From the NCBI GenBank assembly GCA_002293005.1, contig DBCJ01000128.1:6204-54054 (forward strand): a DNA stretch of 47,851 nt. Reading direction: 5' to 3'. This document shows positions 8,506-16,906 of the stretch, one piece after another. How positions within the stretch are numbered: the stretch's first letter is position 1; each line of letters opens with the position of its first letter. The position numbers were made by a program, and so were the translations under genes. The notes beneath the pieces are model-generated. The model saw only the letters and a program-made list of their open reading frames with translations. It had not been told where the DNA came from and did not search any database. The stretch is from Ignavibacteria bacterium UBA961 (lineage in GTDB: Bacteria > Bacteroidota > Ignavibacteria > Kapaibacteriales > UBA961).

Positions 8506-9633
8506 TTATGACATCAATGCAATATTTGCTGCTTGAAGATTGATTGTCTTCATAATTTCATTTAAACTGTTAGATATCTTGTAAATATCTATGTCATTGA
8601 TTGAATATGTTTCTGAAACTACACACTCATGTCTTGTATGATAGGGTGTCCATAAAGCAGTTCCGGTATTGTCTTTACAAAACAGACATACCGTCGGTGT
8701 TTTCCAGGAAGCAGCAAGATGAACAGCCGATGTATCAGGGGAAATAATAATTGATGCACACTTAAGCATGGCTGCATATTCATTAAAGGAAGTTGTAAAC
8801 GGTGCTACTAGGCAATTCGTATGTTCTTGTATTGAGGACAATACTTCACTTTGTGATTCAGGGCCAAACAAAAGTATCTGAGCTTCAAAAGAGCAAACAC
8901 TTTCATAGATTTCTTTGTAAAGTGCGATTGCAAATTCCTTATTCATAGTTCGACTAGAAATACTTCCCGTCGTGTTGATCGCAATAACTGGTCTCTGTAA
9001 GTCAATAATAGACTTTAATGTTTCGTTTGACTTTTCTAAGTAGGATTGCTCCAATTGAAACTCACATTCTAAATCACTCACTTCTGGATCTATTCCAAAA
9101 GCCAAGAGCATTTGTGCAGTTCTTTCGACAATATGAACATTCAATCTGTCTTTGGGAATTATACAGTGTGTATATTTCTTTGCATTGCTTTTAAATAAAC
9201 CGACAGTATTTTTTGCATTTGATAAGTAACATAGATTCCCTGATGTAATGCTCGGATTATCTAGGGGATCTATGCAGATGTCATACTTTGATTTTCGTAA
9301 ACGATGTAGAAGTTTTATCAAACCAAACAACGTTTTATCATAATACAGAACTGAGTTGGCATACATCAATGCATTTGAAGTCAAACTCTTATTCGATTTT
9401 CCAAGTATAACATCTATAGTGGCATGAGGAAATTTTTTTCGAATTTCTCTTATGATCGGGATGGTAACAATCATATCACCGAATTTATCAATCCTCAAAA
9501 TGAGAATTTTGCAATGATAATCGAGCGGGATAGCGTCTTCGATAGTATGAATGATATGACCATGAAACATATTCTTAGAATTATTCAATTTCCTTCTAAT
9601 GAAATGTTCCAATTTCTTTGCATATCTTTTCAT
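8506..9633 (-). CDS. glycosyltransferase family 9 (LPS heptosyltransferase-like)
   Basis: 375-aa ORF. The KILILRIDKFGDMIVTIPIIREIRKKFPHATIDVI segment matches the GT9 N-terminal signature (ILIIR...GD...P....L). The C-terminal SPDTSAVHLAAS resembles the GT9 nucleotide-sugar binding segment. The ATG lies 5 nt after the sprA stop, with GGAGGAAGATAGGAG just upstream. Confidence 0.8.
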   Translation of the reverse strand: MKRYAKKLEHFIRRKLNNSKNMFHGHIIHTIEDAIPLDYHCKILILRIDKFGDMIVTIPIIREIRKKFPHATIDVILGKSNKSLTSNALMYANSVLYYDKTLFGLIKLLHRLRKSKYDICIDPLDNPSITSGNLCYLSNAKNTVGLFKSNAKKYTHCIIPKDRLNVHIVERTAQMLLAFGIDPEVSDLECEFQLEQSYLEKSNETLKSIIDLQRPVIAINTTGSISSRTMNKEFAIALYKEIYESVCSFEAQILLFGPESQSEVLSSIQEHTNCLVAPFTTSFNEYAAMLKCASIIISPDTSAVHLAASWKTPTVCLFCKDNTGTALWTPYHTRHECVVSETYSINDIDIYKISNSLNEIMKTINLQAANIALMS

Positions 9634-9638
9634 TACTC

Positions 9639-12600
9639 CTATCTTCCTCCCGAAACCGAAATGCGGATATCCAAACCAAATTGATAACGGCTGAAACCTG
9701 GAGCAGCCGCACCTTCATTGATGGTTGTTTCATAACGCATGAACAGTCTTGCGGTCACTCTTTGTGAAATACCATATCTCGCAGATGGTTCGAGGATGAT
9801 TTGCGTATTACCATCCAATCGTTGACCTTCCTGATCTGCCAATTGCAATAGATTATATGTGCTTCTGAGGGATCTCTTGAATGTCGCCAAGAAAGCAAAC
9901 TCGAGTTCATTGTCGAATGTCAAACCAAAGAATGAAGTCTTGAAACCTCTTCTATTATAATTCGCCTGCATGGTCAAATCCGTAATGGATTCACCTTGTA
10001 TGATCGATGATGTTGGTTGTAATGAATAATTAGATTTTGTCGTGAAGCGCAAAGAACCTGTGAGCAATCCTTTCAATTTAGATTCATCGAATGTCAATTG
10101 CATTCCGATCAAAGGTTCGAAGCCAGATTGAATCTGTTGTGATCCTGGAATAATACCATTATCAGTCTTCGTCGTACTTTCTTGATAGGTGGATTTATAT
10201 GCATGTTCCAGCGTCACGCGTTTTGCAAGACCGGCAAAGATTGGAAGTTTTTCAACTCCATCCCAACGCAATGTCCAATTCATTGCTGGTAATATCTTTT
10301 GCAATGCATCTGGAAGGAAAGCGAAAATGCGAGTTTCGAGTCCTTTCTCGAATGATTCAGACACTGCATCGCGTAATGCTTGATTTTGTCGTAATGTATC
10401 AGTGGGGAACTGTGCTATGATTCCGGGTTTGCGCTCATTGTATAAATCGATGACTCGCTCAATGGAATTATTCAATGGAGCAAACATCAGGAATTTAGGT
10501 AATGAAAGATATGTACGATTATAGTTCGAGGTCATCACGATATTCGTGAATCTTGAATTACCCTCATTATCTGTAGAATCCAATTGATTTTTGTTAAATC
10601 CAAAACCTGATTTCCAATTGATGTCAAGAGTAGCACCAGGCCAAAGAGGTCGATTCGTACGGAATTCCATTTCTGATTTCTGGAAGAAATTATCAGGTAA
10701 AATTGAATTCTTTGGTCTTTTCCCATCAAAGGTTTCCACTCTGAAGAATGGGAAAGAACCTGTTGGAATCAATCGAAATCCTCCATGTGGTTGCGGCACC
10801 AAACCAAGCTGATAAGCGGTGCTTGGACCAAAATCTTGTGTTTCATCGAGTCCAACGGCACTTCGCCAGAAATTCGACATGCCCGTTTCGCCAAGCACAC
10901 CTTGATTGATGGCTGAATTTTCTTGTCTGAAATTCAATGTGAGCGTTTCATAATCAAAGAATATCGTTTTGAAAATTCTCCCTACGGTACCCAAAAATCC
11001 ACTTGTGGAGTCAGAACCTTTTTGCGCGGTTATACCCCACCATTTATCGGTCATGCTCTTCAATCTGAGATTTGAAGTGAGGCGAATCGTATTCTGGAAT
11101 GATGCCTGCTTAACGGCATCTCGAACAGTCGTATCCTGTTGAAGTGGATTGCGCCATGTATAGGTTGTTGAGAATGAACCCGTATTGTCAAAGAAATTAT
11201 GCAAACCTCCGATGTCCGGAAAGCGAGGTTTGAAATTAATTGTGACTACTTGATTGTGATTCGTATTCGTTCCGAAATTGAGTAGTCCATTTCCTTGGCC
11301 AATCACTCTTCGGAATAAGTCGCTGCCTTCTCTTTGACGACCATTCTCATCAAGTTCAAGTGGAACAAGTGTTGCACCTGTCGTGAATGAATAGTCTAGA
11401 ATCGGACTCAGCAAGCCATTCTCAGAGAATCTCCAGGAGAACTGGGCTTGTCTTGTGGCGGCAAAATCTCTGATGACAGGACTTGGGAATGTCAGGAATC
11501 GAGATTTTTCCGTTGCTCTGGATCTCTGAAATTGCACTGATGTCGAAAAACTTGAAGGCAAGAAGAAGAGCTTCCAATCCTTATATGCCCCAAGAATTGG
11601 AATATCTCCGATCCAAGAAATTGGTTTGACTGAAACAGTAGATGGGAATTGCACATTATAATCAGCTTTCATTCTCCAATTCCATCTGAAGCGTTCTTCC
11701 GCAACTGGTGAGCGCTCAAAGGTCTGAGCATAATCATAACTGATATTGATTTTATTGATGGTCTCTTTGATGAGCCAATGATTGATCGGTATGCCGAATT
11801 TGAATCCAGTGATGGCCCATGAATCTTGCACGCGTATGGTTTGCGAGCGACGACGCACTGAGTCACTCACGCGATTGGCCTCGCTGACATTACCTTTGGT
11901 TCTTGTCAATTCCGCATTATAAGCCGCTTGTGCCGCCTGTTCTATACCCACATCATTTTGTGCGGCAAAAATTGGTGTCTCTACAACTTCACCATGTGAA
12001 TAGGAAATCGGAATGCGCATTTCTTTGAGTTCTTTTGGCAAGAGCTTTTCAAGCGTACCTTGCATTTGAACATTCCAATTCAAAGTTTGATTACGATTTC
12101 CGAATCGTTCTTCAAGTCTGTGGAAATTGGGATTTGTTTGATTATATGTGGCATTGATAGTACCCAAGTCTGCCAATTTAAGCTCAGCTGAACCGATACC
12201 GGCCCAGTCAACGGAACTTTCTGGTTCAATGAGTCGAAGTTCATTCACCCACATGGTTGTTGAAAGATCTTCAGGAAATGAACCTGAAGTCGGATTGGCA
12301 ATGCCGAATCCAATGAATTGAATGCGCGTGAGAATCGGATTCCCTTTGATCACATATTGTGTTTCGATCGGAATGGAGAATCCGGGATCGAATTGTGCGG
12401 AAGAATCAATGAAACGATTCGTGATATCTTCCGGTATCTGCAAAGTTGCGGCTTGCTGAGAGCGTTTTTCTTTGAGTGCTGTCAATTTGGCAACTTCGAT
12501 TTCAATATCTCTCCAACCTTGAATGATTGGACGACGCACTTCATAATAATTTGCTGAATCAAGTCCGAATCTAATATATGCTTGTGCTTTTGCCGCTGCA

Positions 12601-15600
12601 CCATAAGGTATCAGAGCAGGCATGGAGCCATCGCCATGCAGGAAGAATTTCATCTTCTTATAATAAAACACATCCAAATTGCGCATGAGTCGAACAGCCA
12701 TGCGGTCCTGACCAGAAGGAAGATTCTTCACACTGACTGAAAGAGATTGCTCATTCAAACGAACATCCTGCAAAGGATCAGGATTATTGATCTGTCTTGG
12801 TCTTTGAACGCCCGGCGGTAAAGTATACAAATCGGGAAGGCGACTATTCTCTTCCACATTTACGAATTGTACGCTCAAAATGCTGTCTTCAGGTGTGACA
12901 TTCGGCTGTAATCCACTATTCCGAATCCATTGTCCTCCCGTGAATTTCCATTCGGCAATATTCACGGTGATGGGTTGACCTTTAAACCAAACACGGATAT
13001 ACTGGAGATTTGCAAAGGTTGGATTTCCAACGACTCGCGTTGGTCTACGCAGTGGAATACGATAGAAAAACCATTGCTTTTCAGCGGGATTAGTCGCATT
13101 TCCGGTACCTATGATCTGCGGATTTCTTCTGGGGTCGCGGTCCAAATTGATTTTATAACTGTAATAACTATTGTCCAGCATGATTGTCTGGCCATTATTG
13201 TTATTCAGAATTTCGCGATCAGGGAATTGACCCGATTCAGATAACTGAGCATTGTTTTCAAAGTTATTGTAAAACTTGAATTGCTCAGGCGTTTGACGAT
13301 CCCGACTTGCTGCAAAATCAAAGAAATAATTGTCACGAGCAGGATCCGATTCTTGATTCAATGGAAATGGATATGATTCATTGATATTTGCAGAGCTTTT
13401 TTCTTGCTCATCGCTCAATCCATCGATACCGACATCCTCTCCTGTATCTATGATATTATTCGGAATCGGACTGGCTTGGGTTATTCCGTCCTCGGTATTC
13501 AATGTATTGTTTGGAATGATGTCTTCACTGATTTGTCCAATATCCACCCACATTTCGGTTTCGGTCTCTTTGATATCAGGACCAAATTGAACAACCATCT
13601 CTAGAAAGTCAATATTCTCGGTGTCAAAGTTTGTATTGAAGGTTGAGAATAATCTCTGAATTCCACCCCAAACTCTTGGCTGAATATTAGCTAGATATTG
13701 ATCATGGAACAATGAATCATAGGTCGGATTCAATTTGTCAATGAATTGCGGATTGCGATTATAAATCCCGCGTTCCTTGCCTTCGAATCGAATCTTGAGA
13801 TCATTTATCGTGGTGAGACGACCTCTCGTATCACGATTGGGATAAACTTCCAAGAGTGGAGTTGCACCAATGAAGTTTTGATACCAATAGGTCTTTGCTC
13901 GATAAAAATTACCTGCTTTTGAAATCGGATCATCCCAAAGTGTCGGGTCTTCAGGTACTGCACAATGCGACCATTGTTGCGGAGTGAGACCAAGGGAAAT
14001 ACTACGCTGAGCACCTTCAAAATCATCCACATATGCAACCGCAGCTCCATTGTCGGATGGGATATCGGATGTTCTTTTATTCGGCGTAGGTAGCATCGCC
14101 GCAATTTCCCCACGAAGCGTGAGTGATGATGGTGCCTTTGTATCATAAAAAGGCATCGCATCAAGCGCTTTGGTGAGAAAGTCCAAATTGAGATTCATGT
14201 TTCCGTCAAAACCAATCATGGTATTTGATACGGGTTCTTCATTGACGCGCACGCGATCAAAAAGCATCGCCTGATCGAACATCATGAATGTCATACCGAC
14301 ATTCGCCGAACCATTTCTTCTTTTGAATGCTTGCATGTCGGCACGCAAACCAACGAGCGTTCTTGTTGCAAGATTAAACAAATCATTCTGTTCATATTCT
14401 ATGCTGAGATTGGCATTTGGAAGTGATGCGCGTGGATTTGTGAGCGTCACTTGTCCTGTGAAATATTCAACATAATAATCAACATTTTCTTTGAGTGGCG
14501 CGCCATCTAGATTTACGCGAACACTCCCGGGTGAAAGATTGAATGCACCGAGTGAAATTTTACCTCCACCTGTATTCATCATACCTGTTGCTTCACCTGT
14601 GATGATAAAACGATCTCGATCTGTTGCACGCTTGGCAATTTCCACGATTTCTTTATACACCTGAGTATAGCGATACCGATTTGCCGCTTGAGGTGATCCA
14701 ACTTTTGCGAAATATTTAACGAGACCGGAATCAAATGGCTCGCGTTCGGGGAAAATGATTTCACCACGAATAGGATTGAAAAATGGAGAACCTTGCTGTT
14801 GATATTGCGATGGTAATTGTGAAGGGGGAGTTGTAGTACCGCCCATTCCCGTATTACCGGTTTGTTGCATTTGATTCTGTTGATTCTGCTGTTGAGGACT
14901 CCCAAGATCGAATAAACCATCGGGTCTTGCTGTACCATCGGAATTGTTCACACGGTCAACGCCCAAAATGGTAACGACTTTATCACTCGAACCTTCAAGT
15001 ACATCCGACGAATCATTATTGGCTCGCAGATACCACACATTGAGTTTCAAATCGGCAAGACTGACATTGCTTTGTCCGATATTGAAAATATTACGCATCT
15101 GTCTCTTCCAAATCACCGGAAATCCCGGTTGCATATTGGGTCGATAGACAAGTTTTAAAATCAATGTATCAGTTGATTGAACAGTATTTGAAATTGTTCC
15201 ATAGTCCAAATCATCTCCGGGTTCACTTGTTTCACCCTCAATACGATATGCCACGGCATAGGAGCGATCCGATTTGAGTGATGTGATGGTGAGGCGACCA
15301 AGATTCTCATCGAATTGATATGCTCTTTGATCGAGCTTAAGAAACTTTCCTCTTTCTGTGAAGCCAGCAACGGGAGGAATTGCGATATATGATTTGGGAT
15401 AGAATTGCGCCAATGCTCCTACTCGATTGATCGGAGAGAGCGTGTCGATTGCAATGCCCTCAGCAGCTTGCGCGGCCAATTGCACATCAACTGTTGATTC
15501 ATATACCTCGAGCAATTTCACGCGATTTCTTCTGGATTCAGGCGTATTCTGCAAAAGGGGAATCTGTGCTTTATAGTAATTGTCCCAAATCCCAAAATAT

Positions 15601-16664
15601 GCAGTATCCAAAAAGAAGTTCTTTTTGTCATAATCATAGGCATTCATGCGGAATGGTTGACGCATTGTGCCACCGCCTGAAACATTTACTCTACGAGATT
15701 CACCTCTTCTTTGCGATGCGATTGTCTTTAAATAAAGCGGACCGAATTGAAAATCCGTACGAATACCGAATAATGCCTGACTTCCACCAATAAGTGTTGA
15801 AGGAATCGGGAATTGCACATTACCAACTTCCACTCTTTTGAATATATCATCTTCATTACCGGAAAAACCAATATTGAAACGATTGTTCAAATCAAATTGC
15901 TGGCGCGTATTCCAATCCACGCCGAGGCGTAACTTGTCACCAATTCTACCTGTTACATTCAGATTGATATCCTGTGTGAAGAATGGACCGGATTGTGTTT
16001 GACCAAATGGAGAAGCAGTACCCATCTTCTGTGAATCCCATTGCCAACCGGCTCGGACATTCACATCGCCGGCTACATTGATGCTTATTTCCGGTTTCCC
16101 AAAGATACTGAGAAGAGGATTTGGAGGAATGGGTATTGATAATCCGGTTGCTTGACTAAGCACACTTGCAATATCTGAGGAAGACATTGCTTTTTTGAGA
16201 TCATATTGTCTGACGAGAGAATCCCATAAACGACCTCGTTCTTTTTCTCTTCTTAATGCGAGATAATCATCCATTGATATGATATTTCCACTCGTGGTGG
16301 GTATATCATTGAAACTTTCAGTTTTTCTGACTTCAGAAAGTGTGGAATCAAATTGCAATGCAATGGAATATCCGGGAGGAAGTGGATTCTTGCGATACTG
16401 ATCCTTCCCATATTCTCCGCGATATTGCCTTTTGGGAGAAAAAATCCCGGAAAGTGGCAATGGGGAAGTGGAAGTGGAGTCTTGTGAAATGAGTTCATCT
16501 TGTTCATCTGCGATGGGCTGACCCATCATCATCGAAGCACGAACATAGGCGAGTAGAAGATCGCTATGCTCAAATCCGATTGCATGCACCTCTGCTACCA
16601 TGCCTGCAATGAGCAGGCACAAAGCCATAGGGAAGAAGCGAAATGATAAGATTTGGAATTGCAT
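9639..16664 (-). CDS. sprA: T9SS translocon SprA (Sov)
   Basis: 2341-aa ORF with signal peptide (...LLIAGMVAEVHA). The size matches the ~2400-aa SprA family. The N-terminal block GDKLRLGVDWNTRQQFDLNN...SGNEDDIFKRVEVGNVQFPIPSTLIGGSQALFGIRTDFQFGPLYLKTIASQRRGE matches the conserved SprA N-terminal repeat as I recall it. The sequence is beta-strand-rich with aromatic-terminated segments throughout. Confidence 0.88.
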   Translation of the reverse strand: MQFQILSFRFFPMALCLLIAGMVAEVHAIGFEHSDLLLAYVRASMMMGQPIADEQDELISQDSTSTSPLPLSGIFSPKRQYRGEYGKDQYRKNPLPPGYSIALQFDSTLSEVRKTESFNDIPTTSGNIISMDDYLALRREKERGRLWDSLVRQYDLKKAMSSSDIASVLSQATGLSIPIPPNPLLSIFGKPEISINVAGDVNVRAGWQWDSQKMGTASPFGQTQSGPFFTQDINLNVTGRIGDKLRLGVDWNTRQQFDLNNRFNIGFSGNEDDIFKRVEVGNVQFPIPSTLIGGSQALFGIRTDFQFGPLYLKTIASQRRGESRRVNVSGGGTMRQPFRMNAYDYDKKNFFLDTAYFGIWDNYYKAQIPLLQNTPESRRNRVKLLEVYESTVDVQLAAQAAEGIAIDTLSPINRVGALAQFYPKSYIAIPPVAGFTERGKFLKLDQRAYQFDENLGRLTITSLKSDRSYAVAYRIEGETSEPGDDLDYGTISNTVQSTDTLILKLVYRPNMQPGFPVIWKRQMRNIFNIGQSNVSLADLKLNVWYLRANNDSSDVLEGSSDKVVTILGVDRVNNSDGTARPDGLFDLGSPQQQNQQNQMQQTGNTGMGGTTTPPSQLPSQYQQQGSPFFNPIRGEIIFPEREPFDSGLVKYFAKVGSPQAANRYRYTQVYKEIVEIAKRATDRDRFIITGEATGMMNTGGGKISLGAFNLSPGSVRVNLDGAPLKENVDYYVEYFTGQVTLTNPRASLPNANLSIEYEQNDLFNLATRTLVGLRADMQAFKRRNGSANVGMTFMMFDQAMLFDRVRVNEEPVSNTMIGFDGNMNLNLDFLTKALDAMPFYDTKAPSSLTLRGEIAAMLPTPNKRTSDIPSDNGAAVAYVDDFEGAQRSISLGLTPQQWSHCAVPEDPTLWDDPISKAGNFYRAKTYWYQNFIGATPLLEVYPNRDTRGRLTTINDLKIRFEGKERGIYNRNPQFIDKLNPTYDSLFHDQYLANIQPRVWGGIQRLFSTFNTNFDTENIDFLEMVVQFGPDIKETETEMWVDIGQISEDIIPNNTLNTEDGITQASPIPNNIIDTGEDVGIDGLSDEQEKSSANINESYPFPLNQESDPARDNYFFDFAASRDRQTPEQFKFYNNFENNAQLSESGQFPDREILNNNNGQTIMLDNSYYSYKINLDRDPRRNPQIIGTGNATNPAEKQWFFYRIPLRRPTRVVGNPTFANLQYIRVWFKGQPITVNIAEWKFTGGQWIRNSGLQPNVTPEDSILSVQFVNVEENSRLPDLYTLPPGVQRPRQINNPDPLQDVRLNEQSLSVSVKNLPSGQDRMAVRLMRNLDVFYYKKMKFFLHGDGSMPALIPYGAAAKAQAYIRFGLDSANYYEVRRPIIQGWRDIEIEVAKLTALKEKRSQQAATLQIPEDITNRFIDSSAQFDPGFSIPIETQYVIKGNPILTRIQFIGFGIANPTSGSFPEDLSTTMWVNELRLIEPESSVDWAGIGSAELKLADLGTINATYNQTNPNFHRLEERFGNRNQTLNWNVQMQGTLEKLLPKELKEMRIPISYSHGEVVETPIFAAQNDVGIEQAAQAAYNAELTRTKGNVSEANRVSDSVRRRSQTIRVQDSWAITGFKFGIPINHWLIKETINKINISYDYAQTFERSPVAEERFRWNWRMKADYNVQFPSTVSVKPISWIGDIPILGAYKDWKLFFLPSSFSTSVQFQRSRATEKSRFLTFPSPVIRDFAATRQAQFSWRFSENGLLSPILDYSFTTGATLVPLELDENGRQREGSDLFRRVIGQGNGLLNFGTNTNHNQVVTINFKPRFPDIGGLHNFFDNTGSFSTTYTWRNPLQQDTTVRDAVKQASFQNTIRLTSNLRLKSMTDKWWGITAQKGSDSTSGFLGTVGRIFKTIFFDYETLTLNFRQENSAINQGVLGETGMSNFWRSAVGLDETQDFGPSTAYQLGLVPQPHGGFRLIPTGSFPFFRVETFDGKRPKNSILPDNFFQKSEMEFRTNRPLWPGATLDINWKSGFGFNKNQLDSTDNEGNSRFTNIVMTSNYNRTYLSLPKFLMFAPLNNSIERVIDLYNERKPGIIAQFPTDTLRQNQALRDAVSESFEKGLETRIFAFLPDALQKILPAMNWTLRWDGVEKLPIFAGLAKRVTLEHAYKSTYQESTTKTDNGIIPGSQQIQSGFEPLIGMQLTFDESKLKGLLTGSLRFTTKSNYSLQPTSSIIQGESITDLTMQANYNRRGFKTSFFGLTFDNELEFAFLATFKRSLRSTYNLLQLADQEGQRLDGNTQIILEPSARYGISQRVTARLFMRYETTINEGAAAPGFSRYQFGLDIRISVSGGR

Positions 16665-16811
16665 GTTAACTCAAACAAGAACGCAACATCAGTACATATC
16701 GAAGGAATTTCCGGATCCATGCTGCAGATAGCCGGGGAATCCGTTCGTAAATAATCAGTACAAATGAATCAGAAGCGTACTCGTTCGGTGAAACAACGGT
16801 CAATTATGGCG

Positions 16812-16886
16812 CAAATTTACTGTTTTACATGCACTTAGGCAACAATTCAAGCCACTATTCTATCACTAATTCAATTACCTTGCCAA
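16812..16886 (-). promoter_or_regulatory. candidate sprA promoter elements (speculative)
   Basis: On the minus strand there is a sigma70-like TTGGCA (16886..16881), an 18-nt spacer and TAGAAT (16862..16857). Further downstream is TAAATTTG (16819..16812), which fits the Bacteroidota -7 consensus TAnnTTTG. These are sequence matches only, and they are mutually exclusive alternatives. Confidence 0.2.
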
Positions 16887-16906
16887 AAAATGGATTTAAT
16901 TAAAAA

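Noticed and set aside
10189-15793. About a dozen 60-120-aa ORFs on both strands nested inside sprA (for example 13805..14164, 14579..14938, 15449..15793)
   Set aside because: These are shadow ORFs within a 7-kb CDS of well-supported identity. Their products are low-complexity or Cys/Arg-rich with no recognisable motifs. The same reasoning applies to nested ORFs in the alpha-galactosidase, accC, thrS, S8 protease and SBBP genes.
16711-16740. Cluster of common cloning sites (GGATCC at 16713..16718, CTGCAG at 16722..16727, CCGG on both sides) that looks like a polylinker or vector remnant
   Set aside because: There is no flanking vector-like sequence, no further restriction sites in series and no assembly discontinuity. 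It sits in a native intergenic region and is better read as a short GC-rich palindrome (see the sprA leader finding).
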